Source: an uncultured Bdellovibrionales bacterium
GTDB taxonomy: Bacteria; Patescibacteriota; Minisyncoccia; Moranbacterales; UBA1568
DNA length: 64,000 nt
Assembly: GCA_964580285.1 (NCBI GenBank)
Contig: CAZOKB010000005.1
Location: 221 to 64,220 of the forward strand
Direction of reading: 5' to 3'
The first letter of the stretch is position 1, and every line of letters starts with the position of its first letter. The notes below the pieces were generated by a model, which was not told the DNA's origin, ran no database searches, and worked only from the letters and a program-made list of their open reading frames with translations. Positions 37,125 to 47,028 of this stretch are shown in pieces. A program made the translations under genes and the position numbers.

Positions 37125-38084
37125 TTAGACTATTTGCCAGCCGCACTCTGTTTCGATGATTCTTCCGGGAACCTCAAAACCGCTTGCAAGCTTGTGTCCT
37201 CCCCCACCAAGTTGTTTGGCGATAGCCGAAACATCGATACCGTGGTGTTCAAGTGAGCGGAGACTCCCTCGGACGAGCCCTCCTGCTCGTTCAGAAAGTA
37301 CCAAAACATATTTTGCTTCAGGCACAGCGCTGAGTATAGTAGTGACTTGATAAATATCATCGATAACCGCCGCGCACTCGGTCACGTCTTGTTCGGTAAT
37401 GACCGTGGTGAGTAGGCCGCTTTCGGGGTGGAGTCGGGCTCGCTCAAAAGCCTTTCCCCAAAGGTGAAGGGCGGCCACTTTCTTCTTAGAAAAAATTAGT
37501 TCAGCAATTTTAGCTGCCGGAGCACCGAGACGCATGAGCTCTGAGGCGATACTCATAACCTGGGCCGTTACGTTGGCGTGCTGGAAGGCACCAGTATCAA
37601 ACATGAGGCCGAGGAGGAGTGCTGTTGCAATGGGCTTAGTGATAAGCGCTTTATTTGACTGTAAAAAAAGATAAATGAGTTCTGAACTGGACGAGTATTC
37701 TGAATCGATAGCGACAATATCTCCGGAGAGCTGGATATCCGGGTGATGGTCAATAAGGACAGTAACGGTATCTGGTGTGAACCGGTATACGATGGTCTGA
37801 AATCCTCTATCGACACTATCGCAAGCGATGACAGCATCGTAGGTAGATAGATCAAGTGAATCTGGATGTTGAAATTCAACTTCGAAAAGAGCGTGCAGAT
37901 TTTCAGGGAACGGATCAAGACAACCGATATCAACAGTCTTGCCTTGATGTTCAAGATAATATTTGAGAGCTACGTTCGCGCCTACGGTATCTGGATCTGG
38001 TCTTGAATGGGCAAAAAGCAGGATGCGTGAAGCATTCTGTATAACGTAGCGGAGAGTTTTCCATTCTTTTTGGAAATCGCGCAT
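37125..38084 (-). CDS. nrnA: DHH/DHHA1 phosphoesterase (NrnA-like nanoRNase/pAp phosphatase)
   Basis: 319 aa; DHH motif; C-terminal GGGH (DHHA1) motif. Confidence 0.75.
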   Translation of the reverse strand: MRDFQKEWKTLRYVIQNASRILLFAHSRPDPDTVGANVALKYYLEHQGKTVDIGCLDPFPENLHALFEVEFQHPDSLDLSTYDAVIACDSVDRGFQTIVYRFTPDTVTVLIDHHPDIQLSGDIVAIDSEYSSSSELIYLFLQSNKALITKPIATALLLGLMFDTGAFQHANVTAQVMSIASELMRLGAPAAKIAELIFSKKKVAALHLWGKAFERARLHPESGLLTTVITEQDVTECAAVIDDIYQVTTILSAVPEAKYVLVLSERAGGLVRGSLRSLEHHGIDVSAIAKQLGGGGHKLASGFEVPGRIIETECGWQIV

Positions 38085-38127
38085 AGTGTGTTTGGGATCA
38101 TATTCCCCTCGCGTGATCAGTCAGGTC

Positions 38128-38505
38128 TTAGATAGACGGGTCATCGACTGAAGATTGAGAGGATCCGGTTTCTTGTTTAATTTCTCGGAGAAGTTTTTCA
38201 ACAACATCGGCTGATTGTTCGGTATGGTCAGCTCCAATGAGGATGCGGGGGCGAATCTTCATAGAAAGTTGTGCATGAAGGGCTTGCTGAAGTCGTCCTT
38301 GTTCATGACGGAGGGTTGCGATAGCGTAGCCTTCTTCTTGTTCCGGAAACACTGAAACGGATATACGAGTGTACCGGAGATCAGGCGTGGTGTCAACCTT
38401 AGCCACAGTAACAATAACCCCCTGCTTGAGAGAGATTTCGCGTTCGAGTAATTGACCAAAAATGCCTCGAACAAGCTCGTTCATTTTTTCGATGCGGAGA
38501 GACAT
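38128..38505 (-). CDS. rbfA: Ribosome-binding factor A
   Basis: 125 aa; RbfA KH-like fold signature. Confidence 0.85.
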   Translation of the reverse strand: MSLRIEKMNELVRGIFGQLLEREISLKQGVIVTVAKVDTTPDLRYTRISVSVFPEQEEGYAIATLRHEQGRLQQALHAQLSMKIRPRILIGADHTEQSADVVEKLLREIKQETGSSQSSVDDPSI

Positions 38506-38530
38506 ACTGTTGCAAGAAGGAAAGTAAAAA

Positions 38531-38602
38531 GTGCCCCCAGTATGAATCGAACATACATCTCTCCCTTAGGACGGGATAGCTCTATCCATTGAGCTATGGA
38601 GG
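38531..38602 (-). tRNA. tRNA-Arg (anticodon CCT)
   Basis: Cloverleaf fold on the minus strand; anticodon loop GTCCTAA. Confidence 0.75.
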
Positions 38603-38640
38603 CGATTCGGGTGGGGGGAGTACAAGATTATTGTTTAGGG

Positions 38641-38713
38641 TGGACCATGCCGGATTCGAACCGGCCACCCCTTCCATGCCATGGAAGTGCTCTACCAAAT
38701 GAGCTAATGGCCC
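38641..38713 (-). tRNA. tRNA-Ala (anticodon GGC), G3:U70 identity pair present
   Basis: Acceptor GGGCCAT/ATGGTCC with a G3-U70 wobble; anticodon loop ATGGCAT. Confidence 0.75.
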
Positions 38714-38759
38714 AAATACCAGTATAACAGTTATCAATATGACAAATCTTTAACGAAGA

Positions 38760-40640
38760 GTCAATGGTTGAGATTATTCCCCTCGTAGGCCATTTTTGGT
38801 GAGAGGATGTAGTATATTGACATATTAGTATATATATTGCTAAATATATTTTAAGAAGATATTTTTAAATGAGGTGTATTTACATTGAGTATGTTCCACG
38901 TGGAACGCAACTAGACGCTCATTTTTTGCTTAAGAAATCCATGCCAGTTAGAAGAGACTTATTTTTTCTATTTTGCTCCACGTGGAATACTTTTACTTGT
39001 GTAGTTAGAATTTTAAAAAAATATACGTATTATTTTTTCCACGTGGAACATTTTAAATTTACAGCTTTTGAAATGTATAATATATTTTTCCACGTGGAAC
39101 AAATATTATTGAGGTTAATTATTGTAAATACACTCTTCCCTAGATACAAATTGCTTATATAAGCTAAAAAATGAAAAAAATATTCTGGTAAGAATCTAGG
39201 AAGCTCTGTTTCACGTGGAACAAATGCTTTTTTATAGAGTTAACTTCTAATTATTAATAATTGTTTTAAAATGTTCCACGTGGAATAATATATAAAACAT
39301 TAAAAAAATCTTTTTTAACAGTCAGTTTGTATTGATAGGTATGCCTCATTATATTGTTCCACGTGGAACTATACAATAATAAAAACAATAGTAAGATGTA
39401 AGGGTATTTTTTTGGATTTAAAAAAATTTTATATCCAAGATAAAGTAATTGTTTTAACTGTTTCACGTGAAACATTATCTTTTAGTGAGAATAATTTAAG
39501 GCAATTTTTATGTTTAAAGAGTTTTGTTTCACGTGAAACAGAGTTTCCTAGATTCTCACCAGAATAATTTATACAGATTAATGCTTTATTTAAAGCAATA
39601 ATTGTTATTTTAAATTAAAACGATATTTGTTCCACGTGGAAAATTGTCTATAATTTCTTCTATCCGCATAGTGCTCTATAATTGAAAAATAGAAATATTT
39701 AAAAAAACAAGAAAATATTTATTATTGTTCCACGTAGAACGATTATTGAAAATAAAATCAAGAATCATATGTTCCACGTGGAATTATGGAAAGAATTATT
39801 TGTAATAAGTCCATCGTTTTTGTTCCACATGAAGTAAATGCTGCTTTTTATTTTTTTATGAATAAGCTTGTTCCACGTGGAATTATAAGGAATGATTTTT
39901 TTTATAGAGTATTTTTAGAGTTTTTTTGTGATTGTTCCACGTGGAACAAGGTTTCCTAGATTCTCACCAGAATAATTTATACAGATTAATGCTTTATTTA
40001 AAGAAATAATTGTTATTTTAAATTAAAACGATATTTGTTCCACGTGGAAAATTTTGAGAGAAGGTTTTAATGTTTTAAATGAATATAATAATTTTTGAGT
40101 ATATAAAAAAACTTCGTGTTTTTTTGTTCCACATGGAACAATACAGTTTTTGTTATTGACATAATTTATATATTATTGCTTAATATAAAATATTATGTAT
40201 ACATCGTTTTTTGGAGGGTATTATGGAAATATGAAATGGATTTTATTCCCAAAAAAGTGAGTATTGTTGCATTACTATATTGGTACCATGCGAGCATGTA
40301 TGGTATGAATATTAATTTGCCATAGAGGTCAATAATTTTGGTTTGTTTACTCATCTAAAGCTTGTTTTTTTGATGAATTATTCAATATCTACCCCATTCT
40401 TTATGGGAGACAGAGAAATTCTTATGCTTGTGATAGTTTTGTGATTTTTCTGCAGACTTAATCTAGGAAGCTAATTATTTTTTCGTATTTCGTGGTGCAA
40501 AAATTTCAAGAACAAGAGGAGATCTTGTTCGCTGCAGCAGGGGGGTCTTTCTTGATGAAATAATGGAGATGAGAGCGTATCGTTTTTAAATAAAGACTAT
40601 ATTAAAGAAGTTGATGATTTTCTCTGCGCATATGGTATAA
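38760..40640. other. AT-rich (~25% GC) non-coding island
   Basis: Composition drops sharply relative to the ~48% GC flanks; the ORFs predicted here are low-complexity and judged spurious. Confidence 0.8.
38902..40140. repeat. parS: Array of 17 parS-like 16-bp palindromes (ParB-binding centromere sites)
   Basis: Exact canonical TGTTTCACGTGAAACA at 39459-39474 and 39525-39540. Perfect-palindrome variant TGTTCCACGTGGAACA at 39933-39948. Mixed-half-site TGTTTCACGTGGAACA at 39207-39222. One-mismatch sites at 38902, 39035, 39086 and 40125. Two-mismatch sites at 38974, 39272, 39355, 39628, 39770, 39869 and 40036. Weaker sites at 39726 and 39821. Spacing is irregular, 42-121 bp. Confidence 0.85.
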
Positions 40641-40659
40641 TATTCTCAAAGAAAAACCT

Positions 40660-41643
40660 GTGAAATATATTTTAGGATTTCCTCAAAAAACTCTTTTCGT
40701 TTTCTTTGCGCTTTTGGTTTTTTCCATTGGTTTTTTTGTGTCTGCTAATTCAGTAACAAGCAATCGATCTATTTTTTTGGATGCCGATCAGGACGGCTTG
40801 AGTGATGATGAAGAAAAGGTTTTTGGAACGGATCCTTTGAAAAAAGATACGGACGGAGATAGTTATAGTGATGGAGTGGAAGTACAGAGTGGTTATGATC
40901 CATTGAAACCAGCTCCAGGTGATAAGCTGACGAATGAGAATGATCTCGGTAAGGGAGGGTATGATTCATCCGCGGATATGGCCACGCCTAATCTTACAGA
41001 AACAGCTTCGAATGAAGTGGCTAATATATTGTCACAGGTTTCGAAGGATGATCCTTCGGTGAGTATGAATGATCTGAATGCTTCTATTGAAACGCTTATG
41101 AAGCAATCGGATGTAGAGGTGGTGATACCGGAAGTTGATATTAATACCATTAAGATCAAGAAAATAAAGTGTAAGGCTTCTGAAGGGGATGATAAGTGTG
41201 AGACTAAGAAGAAAGATGCGACTTTGGAATACTTAACCGTCCTGGCCTATTTAGTAGCTAATAATTCTCCAGTTCCGCTTAAAACGAATGCGAATCTCGA
41301 AAGTGTGTCCACCTCTTTTTTAAATGATGCCACGCTTGCGCTTTCAACAGGAAATTTCGCTCTCTTAAAAGATATGTCTACTCGAGGAGAAACTTTCTTG
41401 TCGGCTATCAAGGATGTAGAGGTGCCAGAAAATATGTTAGAGATCCATATCAAGGCTTTGAAATTAGGTCTTTTTGCGCAGAATTTGGGAAAAGAATTTG
41501 AAAAGAAAAATAATGATCCTATTGCCCAAATAGCCCTGCTTTCCCAAGTACAGGGAACGCTTGGAGTGGTGGCTGACCTTTCGAATGATATGATGAATGA
41601 GCTTGCGAAATTAGGAATTGATACTGTGCCAGTGAATCTCTAG
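40660..41643 (+). CDS. Secreted protein with thrombospondin-type-3-like Ca-binding repeats (DxDxDG)
   Basis: 327 aa; N-terminal TM/signal; DADQDGLSDDEE and DTDGDSYSDG repeats. Confidence 0.5.
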   Translation: MKYILGFPQKTLFVFFALLVFSIGFFVSANSVTSNRSIFLDADQDGLSDDEEKVFGTDPLKKDTDGDSYSDGVEVQSGYDPLKPAPGDKLTNENDLGKGGYDSSADMATPNLTETASNEVANILSQVSKDDPSVSMNDLNASIETLMKQSDVEVVIPEVDINTIKIKKIKCKASEGDDKCETKKKDATLEYLTVLAYLVANNSPVPLKTNANLESVSTSFLNDATLALSTGNFALLKDMSTRGETFLSAIKDVEVPENMLEIHIKALKLGLFAQNLGKEFEKKNNDPIAQIALLSQVQGTLGVVADLSNDMMNELAKLGIDTVPVNL

Positions 41644-41654
41644 CGGAGTTATAT

Positions 41655-42698
41655 ATGTCGCGTACGTGGTTACGAATACGGTCGAGTTTCATGATATTTT
41701 TGTTCATGGTTGGTTTTGTATTGTCGGCAGCACCGGCACGGGCTGATTATTGGGGGGCTAACACGGGAGCAATGCTCATGAAGTCAATGCTGGAAAAGAT
41801 TCAGCGGCAGATTGAAGGGGCTATGTTGGCAAGTTTGAAGGGGGCGGCTATACAGATGTTGGATAATCAAGTGAATCAATTATTGGGAGGTGGTGCGGGT
41901 GGAGCCCCGGTCTTTATTACGGATTATCGAGACTATATTCAAGGCGTGGCCATGGATAACACGCAAAGCGTGATGAATGATTTCTTTACGAACTCTACGC
42001 GAGGAAAGTATGCCTTGGCGAATTATGTAGAAGTGGGGGGGATCAGCGGTGTAAGTTTGGATCTGAATATTCCAGGAATTATTAGGAACCAAATGAGTTC
42101 TGTGACACGGAACGGTATGGGGGGTAGTTATCCGCAGTATGATTTTGATCAACGGAGTTCAAATCCGAGTTTGAGGGGAGGACTGCGTTCTTTCCGTGAC
42201 TTGAATTTGATGGTCTCGAATCCGATGAATAATCCTATTGGGGCTTCTATGGTAGCTGAAGAGGTACGCAACAGAACGCTTTCGGAAAATGTCGAAATTC
42301 AAAAAGTCAAAGCTTTATCTTCTGGTTTTATTCCAAAAGAAGTGAACGGACAAGTGATTACTCCAGCCGGTACTTTCGAGGCTATGGTTGCGAGTACGAA
42401 GACATTACCGAACCTGGTGTTGGCGAGCGCTGAGAACCCAGGGGAATTGGTAGGTGGGCTTGTCTCTTCGTTTGCTAATCGAGCTATCAGTAATCTGGTG
42501 CAGGTGGGCATTGGGAAGGCACAATCAAAAATTCTCGGAAATTTTGGTGGGGTAGGAAATCAGGTAGCGAGAACTCTGGGGAGTCAGTTGACGAGCAACG
42601 GCCCGGGCGGGCAGTTTACGAGGAGCATCACTCAAGAGGCGACTATTCAGGTGAGGTCCATGACTAATCCCGCCAGTTATGGACACTATGATCCGTAG
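41655..42698 (+). CDS. Secreted Gly/Asn/Ser-rich hypothetical protein
   Basis: 347 aa; N-terminal signal/TM; no recognised domain. Confidence 0.45.
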   Translation: MSRTWLRIRSSFMIFLFMVGFVLSAAPARADYWGANTGAMLMKSMLEKIQRQIEGAMLASLKGAAIQMLDNQVNQLLGGGAGGAPVFITDYRDYIQGVAMDNTQSVMNDFFTNSTRGKYALANYVEVGGISGVSLDLNIPGIIRNQMSSVTRNGMGGSYPQYDFDQRSSNPSLRGGLRSFRDLNLMVSNPMNNPIGASMVAEEVRNRTLSENVEIQKVKALSSGFIPKEVNGQVITPAGTFEAMVASTKTLPNLVLASAENPGELVGGLVSSFANRAISNLVQVGIGKAQSKILGNFGGVGNQVARTLGSQLTSNGPGGQFTRSITQEATIQVRSMTNPASYGHYDP

Positions 42699-42757
42699 GT
42701 TTTTCTTGATCCATTTATAAAAAAACAAAACACCTATTTGATGGGTGTTTTTTGTGC

Positions 42758-42834
42758 TGGTGGACAATACTGGATTCGAACCAGTGACCTTCACAATGTC
42801 AATGTGACGCTCTAACCAACTGAGCTAATTGTCC
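42758..42834 (-). tRNA. tRNA-Val (anticodon GAC), CCA encoded
   Basis: Minus-strand cloverleaf; anticodon loop TTGACAT; downstream hairpin aaacacc...gggtgtttt at 42727-42757. Confidence 0.8.
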
Positions 42835-43733
42835 GATGATGTTATCGGAGGGATATCGGTAATTTCCTTGCCGAGGATGAGGGGATCTCGAATAGGTTCT
42901 TTCTCCGGACGTTTATTGGTGAGGAGAAGAAAATAACTTATCCAGAGGGTTTCAAAGAGAATGGCCATGAAGGTCCCTAAGAGGAGGAGCGAGCTGTAAC
43001 TGAGTATTTCTATGGGAGGCCAAGCGTACTTCTTCTCGAGAAACGCACCCTGAAGGATAACGAGCTTTTGGAGAAATGTAAAGAGGGAAAGAAGGATATT
43101 TGTGATGAAAAAAAAGAAGATGCTGAAGGAGGGGTAGCGGAAAAAAATCTGGAGAGAAAGACGGAAAGCTGAATGGAAGGTAAGTGGTGAAAGAAGTATA
43201 TACCCTAGCATGAGACGCTTTAGAATGAATATCAAAACAAAACAGATCCCAAACAGGAACCAGCTTCCAAAGGAGAGTAAGGTAAAGAGTGTAGCGGGGA
43301 GCGTTGATTGGGAGAGTAGCGTGAGAGCGAGAGGGATAGTTGCCAAGAGGAGTGGTAAGGTGAAGAATATTTCAATGGCTATATAGCGAATGAGTCCTCG
43401 AAAGCGTGCTCTGTTTGAGAAAAGAGTAGAGCGTTTTAAGAGTTTGGCAGCGATGTGTATGAAGAGTTGGCTTTGGGCGATGGTCTTGAGAGTGGTTGTG
43501 CTTAGAAGTAGTACGATAAAAAAAATAAGTGCACCAGCAGAGAGAGTAGGAGTATTTTTCTCAGGCAAGTGATCTGCGATTTCAAAGAGGTAACTACTCT
43601 CAAACAAGGCAATGAGAGAAACACAGATGCCTGGAATGAGAAAAGAGGCCTCGGAAGCAGTGGCGCGCCAGGCCTCACTCAAGAGAGTGCGGATGTGAGA
43701 TGCGGTTGGCATACAAAGGGTACACAAGAACAA
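42825..43733 (-). CDS. Polytopic membrane protein, hypothetical
   Basis: 302 aa, multiple TM helices; the 3' end overlaps the tRNA by ~10 nt, so the exact stop is uncertain. Confidence 0.4.
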   Translation of the reverse strand: MFLCTLCMPTASHIRTLLSEAWRATASEASFLIPGICVSLIALFESSYLFEIADHLPEKNTPTLSAGALIFFIVLLLSTTTLKTIAQSQLFIHIAAKLLKRSTLFSNRARFRGLIRYIAIEIFFTLPLLLATIPLALTLLSQSTLPATLFTLLSFGSWFLFGICFVLIFILKRLMLGYILLSPLTFHSAFRLSLQIFFRYPSFSIFFFFITNILLSLFTFLQKLVILQGAFLEKKYAWPPIEILSYSSLLLLGTFMAILFETLWISYFLLLTNKRPEKEPIRDPLILGKEITDIPPITSSDN

Positions 43734-43742
43734 ACCAAAAAG

Positions 43743-45590
43743 TTACGCGGTAACAGCCGGAGTAGCGGGGAGAGGGAGTGGACCAACGAGTGCTTCAAAC
43801 TCATCCTTCTCAATCGTTTCTTGTTTAAGGAGTGTTTGAGCAATGGTTTCGAGGGTAGCACGTCGGTCGATGAGAATACGGGTGGCTCGCTCAAAAGCTT
43901 CATTGATAATACGAGTTACCTCACCATCAATACGTTCAGCGGTTTCCTCAGAGTAATTGCGCTCTTCGTGGAGTTCCTTGCCGAGGAAGACGAGTTCGTC
44001 TTTATGACCGAATGTACGAGCACCAAGCCGACTCATGCCATAGCGAGTCACCATACCTCGGGCCATGTGAGTTGCACGCTCAAGATCATTGGATGGACCG
44101 GTGGTGGTGTCACCGAAAATGAGTTTTTCGCTGGCATAGCCGCCAAGTAGAGTGGCGAGTTCGTCGAGGAAATATTTTTCTGAGTGAAGGTAGGTGTCTT
44201 CATTGGGAACCGCTAAGGTATATCCGCCAGCATGTCCACGAGAAATAATAGAAACCTTGTGTACCGGATCAGCGTTCGGAAGGGTGGCAGCAACGAGGGC
44301 GTGCCCGCCTTCGTGGTAGGCCACGATTTCTTTTTCTTTGGCGTTCATCACTTTGCTGCGGCGTTCAGGACCCAAGATGACCTTTTCAATCGAAATGATC
44401 AATTCATCCATGCCGACTGTTTTCTTGTTATGACGAGTAGCTAGGATAGCCGCTTCATTCACTAGGTTAGCTAAATCAGCTCCGGAAAAACCAGGAGTAC
44501 GTTCAGCGAGACGCCGGACATTGACTGTTTCCTCGACAGGCTTACCTTTGAGGTGGATTTTAAGAATTTGTTCGCGCTCATTGATATCCGGTAGGTCCAT
44601 AGTCACGCGACGATCAAAGCGGCCTGGACGTAACAAGGCTGGGTCAAGCACGTCGGGACGGTTGGTGGCTGCAATAACAATAACGCTGGTCTCAGTTTCG
44701 AAACCATCCATTTCAACCAGAATTTGGTTTAAAGTCTGCTCACGCTCATCGTGTCCGCCTCCGAGACCAGCTCCACGATGACGACCAACGGCATCGATTT
44801 CATCGATGAAGACAATAGCCGGGGCATTTTTCTTAGCCTGCTTGAAAAGGTCACGGACGCGTGAAGCGCCGACACCGACGAACATTTCTACGAATTCCGA
44901 TCCAGAGATATTGAAAAAGGGCACGCCTGCTTCACCAGCCACCGCCTTTGCCATAAGGGTCTTACCAGTTCCTGGAGGGCCGAGAAGAAGGACTCCTTTG
45001 GGAATTTTAGCTCCCATGCTGAGAAATTTCTTTGGGTGCTTGAGGAATTCAACGATCTCTTCTAGCTCCTGTTTGGCTTCAGTAGCACCGGCTACATCCT
45101 TAAACGTAATACGTTTGCGCTTATCTTTAGGATCAAGGATGCGGGCTTTCGACATTCCAAAGGAGAGGGCTTGCGAGTTACCGCGCTGAGCTTGACGCAT
45201 CATAAACCAAATGAAACCGCCGATGAGGAGGAAGGGAAGGAGGAATGGAAGGAGGAGCGCAGTCCAGTAGGAGGCGCCAGAAGGCTCCTCAACCGTGATG
45301 GCAACTTCCTTTAGTCGATCTTTATCGACACCGTAGTTTGTGAACGTTTCGGTAAGGGAACTCTCGGACTCTTTGGAAGCCTTCTCTTTTTTGTCATCCT
45401 TCAGTGTGATGGCGAGGTCGTTTCCTTTGACAGTAATGGTTTTTACTTGACCGTCATTGATTTGGGTGACCAGTTGGCTTAAAGCAACATTTGTCGGCTT
45501 GTTCTTGGGGGATTCGGCGAGAATAATAATGCCGGAAACGATGAAGAAGAGAATGAGAAGAGTCCAAAAATTTTTGAGAAAAGAGTCCAT
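43743..45590 (-). CDS. ftsH: ATP-dependent zinc metalloprotease FtsH
   Basis: 615 aa; AAA+ Walker A (GPPGTGKT), SRH, and HEGGH zinc motif. Confidence 0.95.
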   Translation of the reverse strand: MDSFLKNFWTLLILFFIVSGIIILAESPKNKPTNVALSQLVTQINDGQVKTITVKGNDLAITLKDDKKEKASKESESSLTETFTNYGVDKDRLKEVAITVEEPSGASYWTALLLPFLLPFLLIGGFIWFMMRQAQRGNSQALSFGMSKARILDPKDKRKRITFKDVAGATEAKQELEEIVEFLKHPKKFLSMGAKIPKGVLLLGPPGTGKTLMAKAVAGEAGVPFFNISGSEFVEMFVGVGASRVRDLFKQAKKNAPAIVFIDEIDAVGRHRGAGLGGGHDEREQTLNQILVEMDGFETETSVIVIAATNRPDVLDPALLRPGRFDRRVTMDLPDINEREQILKIHLKGKPVEETVNVRRLAERTPGFSGADLANLVNEAAILATRHNKKTVGMDELIISIEKVILGPERRSKVMNAKEKEIVAYHEGGHALVAATLPNADPVHKVSIISRGHAGGYTLAVPNEDTYLHSEKYFLDELATLLGGYASEKLIFGDTTTGPSNDLERATHMARGMVTRYGMSRLGARTFGHKDELVFLGKELHEERNYSEETAERIDGEVTRIINEAFERATRILIDRRATLETIAQTLLKQETIEKDEFEALVGPLPLPATPAVTA

Positions 45591-45651
45591 AGGAGAGAGT
45601 GGTTAGAATAAGGATATATCAGGAACACTCTAGCATGTTTGGGAGGGACTT

Positions 45652-46395
45652 TCAATGGTACGAAGCGGTTTTTTTGGAGCGCTTCCCGTGAGGGATATTT
45701 TGAGAGCGAGGCTGTTTTGTAAGTGAGTTTTGAAACAGAGTAGCGCTACGGGCGAGTGTTCCGATAATGTTGGGGTTAAAACGCTCCTCTAGCAGGGGGA
45801 GGAGTTCATGACGAATGCGATTGCGGGTGTAACGGGTATCGTGGTTGCTTGTATCAAGACGGAACGGAAGCGAACGTGCCTCCAGATAGCGGAGCACTTC
45901 CTCTCGATTGAGTACGAGAAGAGGTCGGATGCGATGCCGGTATTTGGGAGGCATACCCGCCAAGCCCAAAGGTCCCGATCCGCGGAGGAGATTGAGAAGG
46001 AAGGTTTCTGCTTGATCATTTTTTTGATGACCGAGAGCGATGGAATCGAAGCGATGTTTTTTGGAGAGATCCTCAAAAAAGGTGTAACGAAAATTCCTGA
46101 GAACTTCTTCATCGCGTTGAGTGGAATTTTTGGGATAGCGCTTGATGAAACACGGGAGAGCATACTGTTGTGCCAGCGCTTTGACAAACTGTTCATCGGC
46201 TACAGAATCGGCGCCTCTCAACTGGTAGTTGACGTGAGCGATAGCAAGCTTGAAAGAATATTTTCTGCTTAAAAAAGCCAAGATATCAATCAAACAGCAG
46301 CTATCTGGTCCACCAGAAACAGCTACCAAAATGCGAGCATGTTCTTGCCAGAGCGTATGGGTCGCCGCAAATGTTTGGACACGCTTCAGGAGTCG
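45652..46395 (-). CDS. tilS: tRNA(Ile)-lysidine synthetase TilS; start codon unresolved, probably non-ATG
   Basis: PP-loop SGGPDS; the first in-frame ATG lies ~200 bp inside gmk, so a start just downstream of the gmk stop is more plausible. Confidence 0.7.
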   Translation of the reverse strand, partial: RLLKRVQTFAATHTLWQEHARILVAVSGGPDSCCLIDILAFLSRKYSFKLAIAHVNYQLRGADSVADEQFVKALAQQYALPCFIKRYPKNSTQRDEEVLRNFRYTFFEDLSKKHRFDSIALGHQKNDQAETFLLNLLRGSGPLGLAGMPPKYRHRIRPLLVLNREEVLRYLEARSLPFRLDTSNHDTRYTRNRIRHELLPLLEERFNPNIIGTLARSATLFQNSLTKQPRSQNIPHGKRSKKTASYH

Positions 46396-46402
46396 CCGCG
46401 CT

Positions 46403-46978
46403 TCAAAGGGCAGCGACCGAGGAATGCTGAGCGATGATGCGACGGACAGCTTCGATCGCTTGATCGAGTTTGCTTTGTTGGTTTTCAACGACGTAGTCAT
46501 AGAGGTTAGTGTGCTCAAGCCATTCTGCTGAGTAAGCCATCCGCTCCCGAATGAATGTTTCAGAAGGGTTGTCTCGCTTACGGATACGCTCCTCGAGAAT
46601 ATCAAGCGGAGCTGAAATCATGATGGCGATAATTTCTGGAAAAAGTTTTTTAGCGGTGGCTACTCCCTGGTAGTCTATTTTCCAGATACCTATGTTGCCC
46701 GAGTGCATTAGGCGGTTGAGTTCTTCTCGGGTAACTCCATAGAGATTTCCGTTGTACTGTTCTGCATATTCTGCAAAGGCCCCCTCTGCTATCTTTTTCC
46801 GAAAAACTTCTTTAGAGAGGAAATAATAGGGGTTTCCTTGGCTTTCGCCGGGACGCATGGATCGGGTAGAAGTCGTGATCGCTCGTTCGAGAGGAAAATA
46901 GGCCTCGAGTCCATTAATGATGGAATCTTCTCCAGCACCAGAAGGGCCGGAGATAATAAAGATGTTTTCGGTGTTCAT
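46403..46978 (-). CDS. gmk: Guanylate kinase
   Basis: 191 aa; P-loop GPSGAGE. Confidence 0.9.
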   Translation of the reverse strand: MNTENIFIISGPSGAGEDSIINGLEAYFPLERAITTSTRSMRPGESQGNPYYFLSKEVFRKKIAEGAFAEYAEQYNGNLYGVTREELNRLMHSGNIGIWKIDYQGVATAKKLFPEIIAIMISAPLDILEERIRKRDNPSETFIRERMAYSAEWLEHTNLYDYVVENQQSKLDQAIEAVRRIIAQHSSVAAL

Positions 46979-47028
46979 AGCGAGTGAAAGAAAACACCCT
47001 GCAGCATGGCAGGATGTTTTCTCTTTAT

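Noticed and set aside
38869-40325. CRISPR array hypothesis for the regularly recurring palindromes; also ORFs 38869..39162 (+), 39266..39475 (-) and 40116..40325 (+)
   Set aside because: The repeats are 14-16-bp perfect palindromes, not 25-40-bp CRISPR repeats. They are spaced irregularly (42-121 bp) with low-complexity AT-rich spacers, and there are no cas genes. The ORFs are AT-driven low-complexity translations spanning the palindromes and are judged spurious.
42825-42834. Genuine overlap of membrane protein CDS 42825..43733 with tRNA-Val
   Set aside because: A 10-nt overlap of the CDS end with the tRNA 5' end most likely reflects an imprecise stop or boundary call, not a biological feature; noted but not treated as a finding.
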